DNA of 64,000 nucleotides from Bilabrum cf. latius (Eukaryota): NCBI GenBank assembly GCA_965178125.1, contig OZ237743.1, positions 434,001 to 498,000 of the forward strand, read 5' to 3'. Shown piece by piece: positions 22,180 to 36,200 of this stretch (position 1 is its first letter; each line of letters starts with the position of its first letter). The notes under the pieces were generated by a model. It saw only the letters and a program-made list of their open reading frames with translations, ran no database searches and was not told where the DNA came from. The position numbers and the translations under genes were made by a program.

Positions 22180-23344
22180 GAACTTAGACTACAGATCAGA
22201 TTTGTTCCTTCAATCATACCCATTGGCTCATGTTTACGGCTGCTGCCGTCCCTTCTGGTTGGCAGCTACCAAAAAGAAAATATCCTTGCCCACGGTCTCG
22301 CGGACCCACTGGGCTTCACCCTGAACGGCTGGTTCTTCACCAGTCCACCTGAATGCTATACCCGGTATTCATCTGACACTACGAATGTACACACCACTTT
22401 CTCAATGCATGTCGACTGGCCTCGTCGCTTCAGGGCTTCTCGTTCCCGTGTACTGCCCTAAGGTCCGTGTGCGCCGCACCCTGCATCGCCAGCTCGACAC
22501 TATCCTCTCAGCTTACACGTACAGGTCATGGCTGACCTTCTATTCGTCCCGTCTACCCGCCCGCCTTTTGGCATCTTCTGCGCGCTGCTGGCCATGCAGC
22601 CCGCCGCCGCTTGCGTAGCCCTCGTGCCTGGCACCTGAAGCCCCTCTCTCCCGTTGTGTCCTCCCCTTGACACAACAGTCGTCGGCTGTGCTGGTGTCCC
22701 CTCGTGTTCCTCTTTGCCTCACCGCCGCCCACCTTGACTTCCGGAATCATCTCTGGTCTCCATCGCTTCAATCCTGATGTCCTAGTGCATATACCAGCGC
22801 TTCTGCCGCGTAGCACCCGACTAGGTCGTAATTGAGCACGATTCATGCACACAACCAGAGAGTTGGAGATTTGTAGGTGTGGCCAACATGGTCTCTGAGA
22901 TTGAGGTCTCGCGTTGGGCGTAGGACCCGCTCGGGGGGCAGGCACAGGTGCGGCGAAGCGAAGTAGCCAAGGGGCGAGCAGTGCGGGGAGGGTCGGCAAG
23001 GGTCGATAACCAGTGGGGATACCAGACGGGACGGACATTTGGGTGACAGGGAGGATGCAAGGGAGAGACACAGATCGAGCAGATTGAAGTGGAGCGTGTG
23101 GATGAGCGGTGGTCTGTCGTAACATGGTCCGGATCCAGATTGGCTCCAGATGGGATCCGATCGCCCGACCAAGCGCAGATTAGGAAGTTGAGAAGTCACA
23201 TTCAGACTCGAGCGTTGATTAAAGCTGCGTGCTATGCGGGCGCTAAGCGGCAGTTTCCCGGAGTTCTTGCTTGTCTCTTGCTAGAACCATGGATCCAAGT
23301 GAGGTATAGTAGAAGCAAAGGAATAATCGTACAGCCTTCACGGG

Positions 23345-26300
23345 TTAGGTCGGTCCAGCCCCAGCCGGCGGCAGTTTGATGAGTGGGTCACCGAACCTCG
23401 GTCTGCCAGGCACCTCGGTGCTGGTCTGCCACAGTATCTTGATCGCAGTGTCACCGTGTTCAGATACATGCACCCGGATGTACATGGTGTCAGACACAGG
23501 CGACTTCACGAACCACCGCGCCTAGCCATGTGACGTCTTGCATGATCTGTACTTGGACATTGGCAGGCCAGTGGCATCTTCCAATGCTGCCCAGTGGGCC
23601 TGAATTGCAAAGGAAACTGGCCAAGCAGAAGGATCAGTGATACTGGAGCACTGAGGAATCTGCACGTTGATTGAAGCAAACCACCCTTTCTGCATTCCAT
23701 CTAGCACCCACGGGCAGTCGTCGTATAGCTCAACGACAGCTGTGAGCTTCGACGCATGAGCTCTGGCTAGCCTGCCAGTGGTCGCAGTGTAGCAGAGCAA
23801 GACAGACACGGTTGTGAATGCTTTTGAACGAAGGCCTGCCGCATTGCACTTCGCCATGCTATTATCCAGAGCCATTGCTGCATTCACACTGTGCGCTCGG
23901 CCGCCCGCTTTGGCACGAGGAGGTCCGCCTGCTGGACTCCTCGGAGCTGCACGGGCACGACGACCCGTCTGTACAGCCTGAAACATGCTGTAGCTGAGTT
24001 CAATAGCGACAAGCACATTGTGGTCCCGTATGTCTAGCAGCCGTTGGCCAGTGCTACGGGTGGGGGTGTCTGCCAACCTAGGCAGATGCTCGTCTCCTGG
24101 CTGTTCCCTGTCTTTGTGACGGAACTGAGTCTGCAGCTGCAGATGAAAGCCCCGAACTAGCGGGGTATCAGCACCAACACGGACTATCGCTGCCTTCGGC
24201 GCCGTGCCCCTCTTCAGATGCATGCGAAGAATTGGTACTGCATCTTGACATCTACTCCCGCCCGCACCGGCGACCTCTTGAAAGCAGCGGCAATGACAAG
24301 TCTTGTATAACGGATGGCAGGCTTGCTGTCCCGTGGCGCGACCACCTGTGATCCGACTACCTGGTGGGCAATGGGAGCATGTCTAAGGCAACAAGGCGCC
24401 ACCAGGGAGTCTCCATTGAGCCATTCGATCAACTTCGCCAAGAATCATCTTCTACAAGCCTGTTTGTCGGAGCCTTTCTGAAGCCGGAGAAGCATCATAC
24501 TTTTCCTTTGGAGCGATTGGCGCGTCCAATACAGCATCCAGAGCGTTTGCATCAAGCAAGCCTCGTATTTTGCTTCCGCGAACTCTGATAGTCTACATGG
24601 CAGATGCCACGATGGTCAGAGCACGCGCAACCTTCGGGGCTGCAAACGAAGTTCCAGCACTGTAATCTCGTCGCCGCACGATGCTTAACTCTTCTTGGTC
24701 GCATAATCCGCACCAGGCGCAGCGTGGCCCGGGCTGAGGCTACAAAGCAAGCTATGGGATTCCTTCGCCCGACGCAAGAATGTCGACTCGGTCCCCCCAG
24801 TTCGAGAAGTCAGACATAGGAATCCTTGCACGCGCGGCTGGAGGGTGCCCAAGAGCCACCACAGAGCCCACGCATATGGAAAATCTAGAGTGGCATGGGA
24901 GCCACACGCTCTCGCTTGGCCGACCAGGCTCTCGAGGGGTCATCCACGCGCCCCCTCTAAGTCTAATGCCGTCATTACCGGCGGCAGCAGTTGCTACGAA
25001 CCCAAGACGCCGTAAGTGACCGAAAAATCTATCCACCTCTTTGATCGCTAGACCATGAGACTGCACTTGCTCGACTATGGAGATCTACACTACCCCAAGC
25101 AGGGACTCCTCTCTGTATGCGGACCCACGAGCGGCCCTGGTGACAGCCCGAATCCTCTGAGCCATCCTCTCGATCATTGCCAAGCCCCATCCAATAAAAG
25201 ATGCGCGCCGCTCAGGAGCTGGTGGCCATAGTCTACTCCAGCACGATACAGGTCCAGATGCAGCCGGTAGCTCCAACTGATGGCCACCGGCAGCCTGGGA
25301 CCACCCTTTGCTGAGTATCGCGATTGGAACCACGATGGACTGAGTACCCCTCGCTGCTTCTGCTGCCACCATGGTGCCGTGCGTGTCAGTGATAGTGTGG
25401 GGCATGTACGCCTTGTTCTCTCGGCCAGCCGTGTTCCAGAGTCGTCCCTCGACATCTGGCTCCCTTATAGCTGCACCTCGTGTCACTCGACTCGTGGACC
25501 CTGGTACAACGTGACCGCCCGCAATCGCGAAGATCTCTTCCTCCAGTCCAGTGAAGTCTCGGTTCAGCTGAAACTCCTCGTACGTGTACACAACCGCCAT
25601 ATCCATTACAAAGACGACCTGGTTCTAGCCTAGTCCACGAAGAGAGAAGTCATCACCACCAGCGAGATTCGAGGCACCACCAGCACCAGCACCAGCTGTA
25701 ACACCAGCTGCAGCAGCAGCCCCAGAGCCCAGGCCAGGCCCAGCACTGGCAGTACCACGATCACGTCCATAGGGTCCACTCCCATGGTAGAAAGGGTTGT
25801 TCACCGACTAGGCAATCGTGGCATCGGTGGCTCTAGTGCCATCACGACCACGGCTCGCTGCAGCAGCACCACCGGAGGCAGCGCCCCTCCTTGCACTAGA
25901 TCCAGCACTACCCCTAGCTGCACCCTATTCCCCCTATTCACCCTCAGTGATTGCAGTACAAGCCAATGATCCAACTGGATTATGCACGCCCTTTAGTACA
26001 GGAACTCGTCCCGCCGTAGATAATCCCGCGGTCTGCAGCAGCACTGTCCCTTCCGCACCTCCTTCAGCCAGAGAAGGCGCTGAGTTCGGTCCTGACTGCG
26101 CGCTCTCCCTATCAGAGTTGCCGTGCAGCTGCGGCTCTGATACAGTGCCGTTTGTACTCTCGGCCCCAACGGAGCATACACAGCCAGAGCACGACTCCTC
26201 GCTGCCGCGCAGACCTGCCAGCTTCACGGGGTGGTCAGGGTAGTGCGCCCGCACCAGCCCGCTCTTCACGATGAGTGCCTGCACCGTGGATCCCACACAC

Positions 26301-27409
26301 GCTGCCATGCCGATGGACGACGGCTGCGGGATGAAGGCCCCGCTGGACATGCTGGCCTTGCCCAGCTGCTGGATGCTGCGCAGCACCTCTATCACGGCGC
26401 CAAGGCCAGCTACAGCCGGCTTGGGGGACGCGAGCTGGTAGGCGAGCTTGCGCCATGCGGTGTGAGCGAAGCTCCGGGGAGCTCCATGCTGGTCGTTGCG
26501 ATCCGGCCCGGGCGCGTAGCCGTTGATGTCGAGGTGCTGGATGTACTGCAGCCCGCCGTCCTGGGTCTCTGTGCCTCGGGCCAGTCGGTCGAGGTGGGCG
26601 GCGGCAGTTGCGAGGGCGGTCCTCTTGGCCTCTGCTGCCACGAGGCCCCACACCATCTCGGTGTCCGGGTGGCGGCTGCTGCTTGTCGCGAATGCCGAGG
26701 ACTGCAGAGCGGCCTGCACCTGGCACAGGGGCTTGAGGACAGGGGCGGCGTTGCCCGGCAGGCTGGTCATGGCAGCGAGCTTGCGGGCGCATCCAGCCGC
26801 GAAGCTCTGCAGGCCGAGCAGGTGAGCGGATGCACCGCTCGAGGTGGCGGCGCCGTCCGTGTGCTTGATACCAATGATGCCAGGAGCACCCGCGTGCTGC
26901 AGCTCATGCAGCGCTTCGATCAGCCCGCTCGCGGCGTCGTGCATGGCCTTGCCGACCTCTCTCGGGTCCGTGTCCGTGACGAAGTCGACGAAGCGCTCCG
27001 CCGACAGCTCCTGTCCTTGATCCATCCAGTACATCATATGCTTGCATTGATCATGCGCAGGCTGAGAGTCTGGCGCTGGAGGCGGATCGTGCTTGGATTT
27101 CCCCATTGTGAGAGGCTGCTGATTGTGGGTTCGCTCGGCGTTGGGGCCCGCATCGTCTGCGGTGAGAGCGAAGTCGGCACAAGCATACGATATATTACTT
27201 CATATGATCAGCGAGCTAGCGAAGGAAGCCAATGGTCTCTCACTGGCGTCTGACGGCATTGCGTCGAGCTTGGGATCAATAACCGACGGAGACTTCTTGA
27301 GCTCGGTTGTCCGAGTCCTGCGGCGCACTCGGTGGGCTCTCGATGGCGAGTCACCCAGAGCTAATGGCAACAGCACTGTGAGCAGACAAAGCGATGCCAG
27401 CGTGCGCAT
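23345..27409 (-). CDS. Secreted S8 protease, type A copy 2; intron 27157-27243
   Basis: Near-identical to 14430-18494 at offset 8,915. Confidence 0.85.
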
Positions 27410-27979
27410 GGTAGCTGGAAATGAGTGGTTCTACCGGTCGCATGTGTGATGCGTAGCGACCAACTCGGAATATTGCACCTTGATCGGAATGGCGTGCATG
27501 GCGCCATGAACATCGGATGATAAGCTTTTGGTTGTAATCATGGTCTATGCACATTTTGCAGAAGTGCACGCATGGAGCCGAGGCATGCATGAGACCTGGG
27601 TGGAGGTGAATTCAGATACAAACGCGAAGATGCGATATATTGGGGAACGCTTGGGCTGCCTGTCCTTCTTCATGGTACGTAGGCAATCTATGTTTGTTCT
27701 ATATGTGCGTGTTCGAGTGTCGGTAAGAGCGAGCAGGCGCTATCACTGATTGCTCGAAGTCTGACCAGGACCCAAGCTGCTGGCAGGAGCAAGTGCCACC
27801 GGTGGGCCTGAAGATCTGCAGCCATGACAAGTGTTGGGGGGGTGTATTGTATTGAGCTGATGTGATCGATTGTATCGTGGTCCTCCGGCCAGTCGCAGTC
27901 GTGTCCACTCTATTGATGCCCTCGCAAGAACTTGGGCTGCTGCTTGCAGGATACGCACAATGCCAGCTGCGCACCTGGA

Positions 27980-29852
27980 ATGACATCGTGACTTCCATGA
28001 AAGCTTCTTTTACAGACTCAACCACCCAAATACAACCAGACATGGCATCGAACACAGAGCCGTCGCCATGTGCCTGAATCCACCGATGGATTTGTCCACC
28101 AGCGGAGACACACAACGAGTTCTCCGGGCCCGGGCGGGTGGGAAAAGAATTCAAGACGATCTGTCAGTCCTGAGCTCTTCCACCCCGAATGGAGGCGATT
28201 GACTGGAGAAATGCCAACCTCCACTCTTCGTGGCCTGCCTCTTCCGTTAATCAGATTACGATGTCTAACGCTACAATTCCTCTTCCCACCTACGGACAAG
28301 GTGTTGCGGCGTTCTCCTTCTTCGCAGAGCCATCCTCATCGCACAGACGCTTATCATCTCATTTGACGTCAACAACGAATCAGACTCTGTCTCCTTAATA
28401 CCATGACATCGTGACTTCCATGAAAGCTTCTTTTACAGACTCAACCACCCAAATACAACCAGACATGGCATCGAACACAGAGCCGTCGCCATGTGCCTGA
28501 ATCCACCGATGGATTTGTCCACCAGCGGAGACACACAACGAATTCTCCATGTCTTACCATATCTTCCTTACGGGAGGTTGCAGAGGGTGGTCTCGTTGAA
28601 GCAAAGCAAAGTGTCTCCAAGTTAGTTGGGATTAGTCGGACGCCCGAGCTTGTGCCACCGCCTCGAGCAGCGCCGCCTGTGGTGCTCGCTGCAGCTCAAG
28701 GTGCGTCCAACCAATATCGATCGCTGGCAGCCCGTCGGCCTCCTGCCGGATGTAGGTGTTCATGCTCTTGGTGGAAGCCCACCGTCCAAGACGCTGCACA
28801 ATGCCGTGCTCGATGCCCAGTCGCACCATTGTGGTGGTGCTGGTGATGCGGAAAACTGTGCCCATGCCACCCACTCGCATCATCGTGGTGGCTTGCACAG
28901 CTCCGCACCAGGCGTACGACATCGGCTGCGACGATGTGCCGCGTCTTACGGCGACCTGGCGATGCGATCTCCGGGAACAACAACACCTGACTGTTCTGGC
29001 AGGCGTTGTGCAGGTGGTGGGGCGAGGTGACCGGGATTCCCGCCGAGGTCGCTGCCGGGGCGCTTGAGGTCGACACCGCGCTCCCGGCGTGCGCATGTGC
29101 GTAGGCATCCTCCGCCTTGCGAGACAGTACGAAGGTGTCCGAGTCCTGCGCCGTTGCGGTCGGCTCAGGAAGTTCAAGCCAGGATGCGAAGGACGGGAAG
29201 GAGTCAGGCAGAACCGTGGAATAGGGTTGTCCATGCACGCCCTTCATGGTGACCACCGCTGTCAACAAGTATCGAATCATTGATTCAATTATCTGTGCGC
29301 GCTTCGGAGACCCACGCCGTACGCCTTTGATGGCCTCGTTCCACTGCGCCTCTAGCGCGAGGAGCCGCTCTGCGGTAAACCCACACACTCCGGTCACCGA
29401 TGCCCATTGCATTGGATCAGACAAGGCCCCAAAGCATGCCTCAAAAAGGAAAATAGCACGTTGAAAACCGGGTTCTTTCAAGGCCAATGTCGTGAAAATG
29501 CCACGCCAAAACTGCTGAAGCCGCGCCATCACGCCCTAGCGCTCCGGCTGAACTGTATCTGCACCCGCACCCGAAGACATGAGACCACAACAAAAAGAAT
29601 TCAAGACGATCTGTCAGTCCTGAGCTCTTCCACCCCGAATGGAGGCGATTGACTGGAGAAATGCCAACCTCCACTCTTCGTGGCCTGCCTCTTCCGTTAA
29701 TCAGATTACGATGTCTAACGCTACAATTCCTCTTCCCACCTACGGACAAGGTGTTGCGGCGTTCTCCTTCTTCGCAGAGCCATCCTCATCGCACAGACGC
29801 TTATCATCTCATTTGACGTCAACAACGAATCAGACTCTGTCTCCTTAATACC
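27980..29852 (-). mobile_element. Internally deleted Ngaro-type tyrosine-recombinase retrotransposon with split direct repeats
   Basis: 1,873-bp insertion absent from copy 1 (~19065). Plus-strand layout: X(27980-28125), Y(28143-28402), X(28403-28548), internal region, Y(29593-29852). On the minus strand this is A1-ORF-B1-A2-B2. The internal region encodes the YR C-terminus HGHSF/RITSTT...LGRWASTKSMNTYIR. No RT or RNase H motifs seen. Confidence 0.88.
28632..29532 (-). pseudogene. Fusion of an ORF1 (gag-like) N-terminus to a tyrosine recombinase C-terminus, with a frameshift near 28852
   Basis: The H-x-x-R box is split across two frames (WHGHSF | RITSTTT). LGRW and the catalytic Tyr (YIR) are retained. 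The gag assignment is by position only. Confidence 0.7.
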
Positions 29853-29865
29853 AAGAGCGAACACA

Positions 29866-30983
29866 TCAAGCCGCCATCCTTGCACACGCAAGCCGGACCG
29901 CAGTACGGTCCCCCACCTGCTTCAGCCCAAGAACCTCCGCCAGCTCGCCATCCGTCGTGGCAGCCAGCTCCCATACAGACCGCACATGCTGTTGCCGACA
30001 CCGTGCTGCGGCATCCGCAAGTCCAAGCGCCCCTAGGAGATCGCAGGCAGACCCAGAGGGCATGCCAGCAGCAGCCGCAGCAGGCGCATGCTCATATTTC
30101 TACCCGTCGCCCTTGCCTATGCCCTTGCCCTTGCCCTTGCCCTTGCCTATGCCCATATGCTGGCTCTCGCCTGGCCCCTTGTCTCGATCCTCCGCGCTTT
30201 TCCCTCCAGCCAACCCTGACCCCTACGATCTGTCCGGCTTGCACAGAGAATCGACGGTCTTGCTCACCAGCGATAGGCCCGATATAGACTCGCTGGCAGC
30301 GTGGCGGGAATCCAGGAGCCACCACTGCAGCTGCCGAATCGACATGCCAAGGACAAGGGGCGACGAGGAAGAGACAGGGGTCGCACCCGTCCCACTGCTA
30401 CCACCAGCACCTACACCTGAAGAGGCGCCTTCGCTGCATCCATCTTGCCCTGCAAGTGCCTCGCAAATCCCATGTGCAAGCGCTCTCGCTTCCTGCTCCG
30501 CCATGCCACCGGCACCCGGCACTGCCTCGGGCATGGCAAACACAACCACCGCCGATGCCAGTCGCAGCACGTCGTCGCGAGAGGCGCCGCGCAGGAGCTC
30601 TCCCAGCGGAACCATCTCCAGCAGTCCCGCGGCCGTGCCATCTGCCACCGACTGCAGCACGCTCGTGTCAGCGTCGATGGCAAGCGACAGGTCCTTGCGC
30701 AGAGGCGAGGCCGCCGGACTCATCGCGATCAATCGAGTGCGCCTGGCTTGCTTGATTGCCGCGGCCGTGAAGCCATCGCTGTTCCCCCCAGCATCCACGG
30801 CGCTGCCTGCCTGCAGGAGCAGACGGGAGGACGGCGGCGTGCTTCTCATCGCAGCCGAAGCACCGCTGCCTGCCACCAGCCGGAGAGAAACGTCGCGCAG
30901 GACGTGTGTCCCCACCCCACACAGGTCCACAGCCGCCCATCGCATGCTGCTGGTGACCTGATCATCGAGCTCGTCCGACTGCC
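29866..30983 (-). pseudogene. Duplicated 3' fragment of the BCS1-like gene, copy 2
   Basis: Near-identical to 19078-20195. Confidence 0.75.
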
Positions 30984-31343
30984 GCCAGTGACTAGTAGAC
31001 CCAGCTACCACGGACCATGACTCATGAAGCGCGCTGTACAGCCAAGTGGCAGCCCAAGCTTGAGCGGGGACCTGGTGTGCCGGAATAGGGCAGTCATTCA
31101 AAGCGGACAATTGTCCGTGCAAGCGGACAATAGGGCAGTATGTGCGACACAGGTGCAAGCGTCGACGGCATAGTACGCCGGCGGGGTCCAGCTCATGGGA
31201 ATCTGAATGCGACTTCGCTACAGCTTTTGACCTGCCACGGCCTAGCCCCCCAACCTGCATTGCTGGCAAATTGATTCTCCTTCTCAGATCTAGCTCTTTC
31301 AGAAATATCTTTACAATTTTAGCGGTCTGCAGGCTTTGGCAGC

Positions 31344-32958
31344 ATGGTGGATTGCATTATACAGGAATGGCTACCACTCGATACCTATCGGAGCCCGTAC
31401 AGAAGCATCACCTCGATTGTGAGACGCCAGTTTCCGCCTCAAGTCGAACACGAACACTTTGCGAGAGAAGGAGCCCGCTGCACCGCATGCTTGCATGGGT
31501 TCCATTTCTTGATCTATAAGACAGTTGCCATTGCAATTTCTGCAGGTTTCTTCTGACGGCATGCACGAGAGCTACAAGAGAGGCAGGAACGATTTTGCTC
31601 CCGAATGCCAATCCCTTGGGCAATTTCTGTGGGCGATCAGGCAGGGGTACTCCAGCGCCACAATGCCTTCTGGATCGGGCCTGGGAGGCTTGAAGCGGCT
31701 GCTGGCGCTGCTGCCTTCGGATGGCATCCGTTTGAAGTCGCTGCGGCTGGTTGACGAGACGATCGATGTTCCGACAGCCAGGTTGCTTTGCGAGATGGTA
31801 TGTTTGGACGTGGAGGGTCATGGGTTGTCTTGCTTGCATCTGAAGGACTGCATGTGGAAGCCAGGCGCCATGGCAGCACTGGCTCCGTCGATGCTGCACC
31901 CGGGGAGGTCGAATTGTCTGGAAGCACTCCTCTTGCAGAGCACTTCTGGCGAGCAATCGGTGAAAGGAGCCCCTCAGGATCTGTTCGAGTCGCTCGGGTA
32001 GGTGCTAGGAGACTGGCGCTGCAGCTTGTATGCGCTGAGCCTGGTGGGCATGCTCGGATGGAATCACCGATATGGTCCGGTTGAAGGTGTGGACTGGACT
32101 TGCATGTATCGGCGCAATGCCTTGGTGGCCAGGGGCATGCTGAGCAACAGAAGCATTCGGTATTTGTCGACTGGGGACTGCGTGGTGAACACAGAGCAGC
32201 TGGTCGCGTGGGCCGATGCTCTGGCCAAGCATCGCTGGTTGCGGCAGCTTCTTGTGTCGTTTCATCCTGTGACGAACGAAGCCCGCATTGCGCTCGGTGC
32301 ACCAGTGGCAAGGATCGTGCGTGAGAACGTGAGCATCAGGCACCTGATGTTGTTGTACGACATGGAGGAAAGATGGACTACGGTGCCGCCTCCGTTGGAC
32401 CTGCTGCGGGCAGCAATCAAATAGAACAGGGCGCTGCTATCGATATCGGTCGGATTTGATGGACGCGAGTTCTACGACAGTCCACAAGATCTTCAGCCGC
32501 AGCATGACCAGAACCTGGATGCCGTGGTGGCTAATCCGCGGATTGTTTTCTATGACTGGTGCACGGTCGACATTACATACAAGAACGAGAGAGTCGAGCC
32601 AGTCATGCTGCCTCGGCTCCAGCACTACTAGTCCAGGCAGTCCAGGCTGTGGGCCTTGGTACGACATAGGACCGCTGCGCAGGCTCACCGGGATGCAAGG
32701 CTAGTGTGGCGAGCTGCGGCAGAGGGCAGGCCCCTAGAGTTGGCGAAGCGACTGAGGCTGGGGGTGATGGCAGGTGGCGCGGACCGGCAAGTGCTTGTAT
32801 CAGGCAGCTTGCTAGACGCGGGGCAAGCGGCCGAGGCAGGCGGGCATAGGGAATGCGTGCTGCTAGTGCGCCGGTCAGTTGCGCGAGAGGTGAACCGAAG
32901 GGCCATTGGTCGTGGCCTGACAGAAGGTATGCCCACATGCTAGTGCGTGGTGTGGTAA
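31344..32958 (+). CDS. RNI-like LRR protein, copy 2 (C-terminus TCQCVVW); intron 31419-31545
   Basis: 5' part identical to copy 1, 3' part like copies 4 and 5. Reading through TAG32941 gives a CaaX-like end before TAA32956-32958. Confidence 0.8.
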
Positions 32959-33232
32959 ACACTATGTCTATACGTCTGTGTGCTGACTGTCATTTTTACG
33001 GCTTGGAAGTGGCACAAGATGGTGATCTACGATAGCATGCGTTTATATGAGCGGCTCTCATGGAGCGGTTTTGCTAGCGGGGTGTAATCCTTGACCCAAC
33101 TATCACCAAAGAATACCCCATCCGCTGGTTGAGACCCATAGAAAGAGCAAAAGGCCACCGGTTCACTCCTAGCAACCGCACGGTATCTGGGTTTCAGTGC
33201 CACTGCGTGTTGCCGGGTCAGGCCAAAGCCTG

Positions 33233-36200
33233 TCAGGTGGCCTCCCTTTGCGCTAGCCAAGTGCTCGTTTGCCAAACAAGCTTGCCAGGCAGGTCTTCAT
33301 CATCAGGTAAGTACACTCGGATGTACATCGTGTCAGTCACAGGAGACTTCACGAACCATCGGTTCAATCCACGCATGGCCTTGCAAGACTTGTGCCTGGA
33401 CATAGGCTCCCCGCGAAGACCAGGCGTATCCTCCAGTGCTGCCCAGTGGGCCTTGAATGAGAAAGACTCAGGAGGATGGCGGAGATCGACAACGCTCTAA
33501 CAGGAAGGGATCTGCACATTGAATGAAGAGAAGTGGCCTTTCTATTCTCCCGCCAACATCCACGGACAGTCATCGTACAGCTCCACAGCAGCCGCGATCT
33601 TGGGAGCTTCGGCCGGCTTGTCAGTTGTCGAGAGATAGCAGAGCCAGACGGACACCGTAGCGAATGCTTCAGATCGGAGGCCTCCTGGATTGCAATACAC
33701 GTCACCGTTTCGCTGAGGAAATGCTGCTGTCGTGCTATGCTTCTGTTCCCGTGCGCGTGCTATCGTAAGGCCGCCAGCAGCAGCGCCACCAGCAGCGGCA
33801 CCTCCAGCAGCAGCACCAGCAGCAGCAGCACCTGCAGACTACTCCATCTGCAAGTCACGAAACATGGCGTAGCTGAGCTCGACCGATACAATCACATCAC
33901 GGGTCTATAAGTCCAGAACTTTCTACGCGTTGCTTCGTATAGAGGAAGTCGGGAGCCTAGGCAGACGTCCACTGATCGTAGCAGTGCTGGCTCCTTGAAG
34001 GATAGTGCGCAACAATGGGCGATATTCCGAACCAAGCAGGCCGCCAGAGCGTCCCCTTGCTGCCATTGGACGGCCTTCAATGGCGGGCTTCAGGTACATC
34101 CGAAGTAGCGGTGCATTCTCCGCAGCTACACAAATTCCACCCACAAGCTTCTAGAAGCAGCCGCAATGGCATGTCCTCAACAAGTCGTGGCAGCCTTGCC
34201 GCCCTGTGCCGCTCCCGGTTCGTGGACAGTATGCGCATCGCTTTGGCAGGAGGGAGCCGGTCGGAATCGCCCATCCATCCATGGACTCGATATTGCCAAG
34301 AATTATCTTGCGAGTGCGCCCGGTGCACGTTAGCCGGAGTCTATCTGGAGCTGGGGTGTCGTCTTTCTTCATTAAAGGTTTGATTGGGGCAGCTAGTTTA
34401 GCATCGCGAGCGTTCGCCAGCAGAAGGCTGCGAGCGGGACCGCTGCCGGCTCGAACAGTCTGCAGGGCAGAAGCCATGATCGAAAGGGCCCTAGCAACCC
34501 TGGGGGCTGCAAACGATGTACCCTACGTAAAACGTGTCGGCCTGTCAACTGAGCACTCCGTGTCATCCACTGGATCCGGTGTAGCACATCCGCTGCCGCT
34601 GCACACTTCTGAAGGCTGAGGCGCCCTGGGCACAGTCGTGCATTTGAGCAACAGGTCAGTTATGGACTCGCCGTGTGCGAACATATCGACGTAGTATCCC
34701 CAATCTGAGAAGCCAGACATGGGAATCTCCTCTCCTGCTTCGGTACGCCGGCTCAAGGTCTGCACGGAGCCCACACAGAGTGGTGACCTAGAGTAGCACG
34801 GGAGCCAAACGTCCACGCTCGGCCTGCTAGACATTCGTGAAGCAATCCGGGGTCGCTTAACTTGTCCAATGCCGCCATTACCGGCGGCGGCAGTCGCCAC
34901 AAAACCGTAGCGCAACAGAATCTCGAAGGATCTATCCACTTCTTTCATAGCCAGACCGTGAGACTGCACTTTCTCTCCAATGGAGATCTAGACCACCCCG
35001 AGCACGGACTCCTCTCTGTATGCGGACCCACGAGCGGCCCTGGTGACAGCCTGAATCCTCTGAGCCATCCTTTCGACAACTGCTAAGCCCCACCCAATGA
35101 CAGATGCACGCCGCTCGGGTGTCGATAGGCACAGTCTGCTCCAGCACGACCCACTACCAGCAGGTAGCTCCAACTGATGGCCTTCGGCAGCGTCGGTCTC
35201 ACCTTCGCTGAATATCGCGATTGGAACCACAATGGACTGAGTACCCCTAGCTGCTTCAGTTGCCACCACAGTGCCGTGGCTGTCGCGTTTGTCTCTTGGC
35301 GTATACGCCTTGTTCTCTCGGCCCGGTGTGTTCCAGAGACATCCCTCAACATCTGGCTGCCTCATGGCTGCACCTCGTGCTACTCGACTCGTGGACCCTG
35401 GTACCACGTGCCCGCCCGCAATCGCGAAGATCTCTTCCTCCAGTCCAGTGAAGTCTCGGTTCAGCTGGAATTCATCATAGGAGTACACGACCGCCGTATC
35501 CAGCACAAAAATCACCTAATTCAGCGCAAGTAGGCTTGAAGTAATGGGGAACTCGGTGGTTTCCTCACGAACGGCTTCATGTACACGCCACAGCGGACTC
35601 ATCAAGGGCTGGCCAGCTGCGCTGTGGGATGGACCTGCTGCAGTACGAGAATCGTGGGCAGGGTCAGCACCACCGGGTGCAGTGCCACCGACTCTACCGG
35701 TAGTACCAGCCGCCACAGACGATCCTATCCCAGCGGTCCGTCCACCCGTCAGTGGACTAACCTTTCTATGCACGCCATCAAGCAATGGAACACTCCCAGC
35801 CTTCGATGATGTCGCTGTCTGGATCAGATTGGTCCCTGCCTCGCTGTCTTTGCCTACAACAGGCGTCGAGTTCGGTTCCAGCTGCGTGCTACTGAGACCA
35901 GAGTTACCGTGCAGCAGCAGCTCTCGTGCGGTGCCGTTGGTACTCTCGGTCCCACCGGAGCATACACAGCCAGAGCACGACTCCTCGCTGCCGCGCAGAC
36001 CTGCCAGCTTCACGGGGTGGTCAGGGTAGTGCGCCCGCACCAGCCCGCTCTTCACGATGAGTGCCTGCACCGTGGATCCCACACACGCTGCCATGCCGAT
36101 GGACGACGGCTGAGGGATGAAGGCCCCGCTGGACATGCTGGCCTTGCCCAGCTGCTGGATGCCGCGCAGCACCTCTATCACAGCGCCAAGGTCAGCTGCA

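Larger units (their letters stand above)
13888..31960. repeat. Near-identical tandem segmental duplication, 8,915-bp period (10,788 after the 1,873-bp retrotransposon in copy 2)
   Basis: ORF-track entries recur at offsets of 8,915 and 10,788 with only scattered substitutions. Confidence 0.95.
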
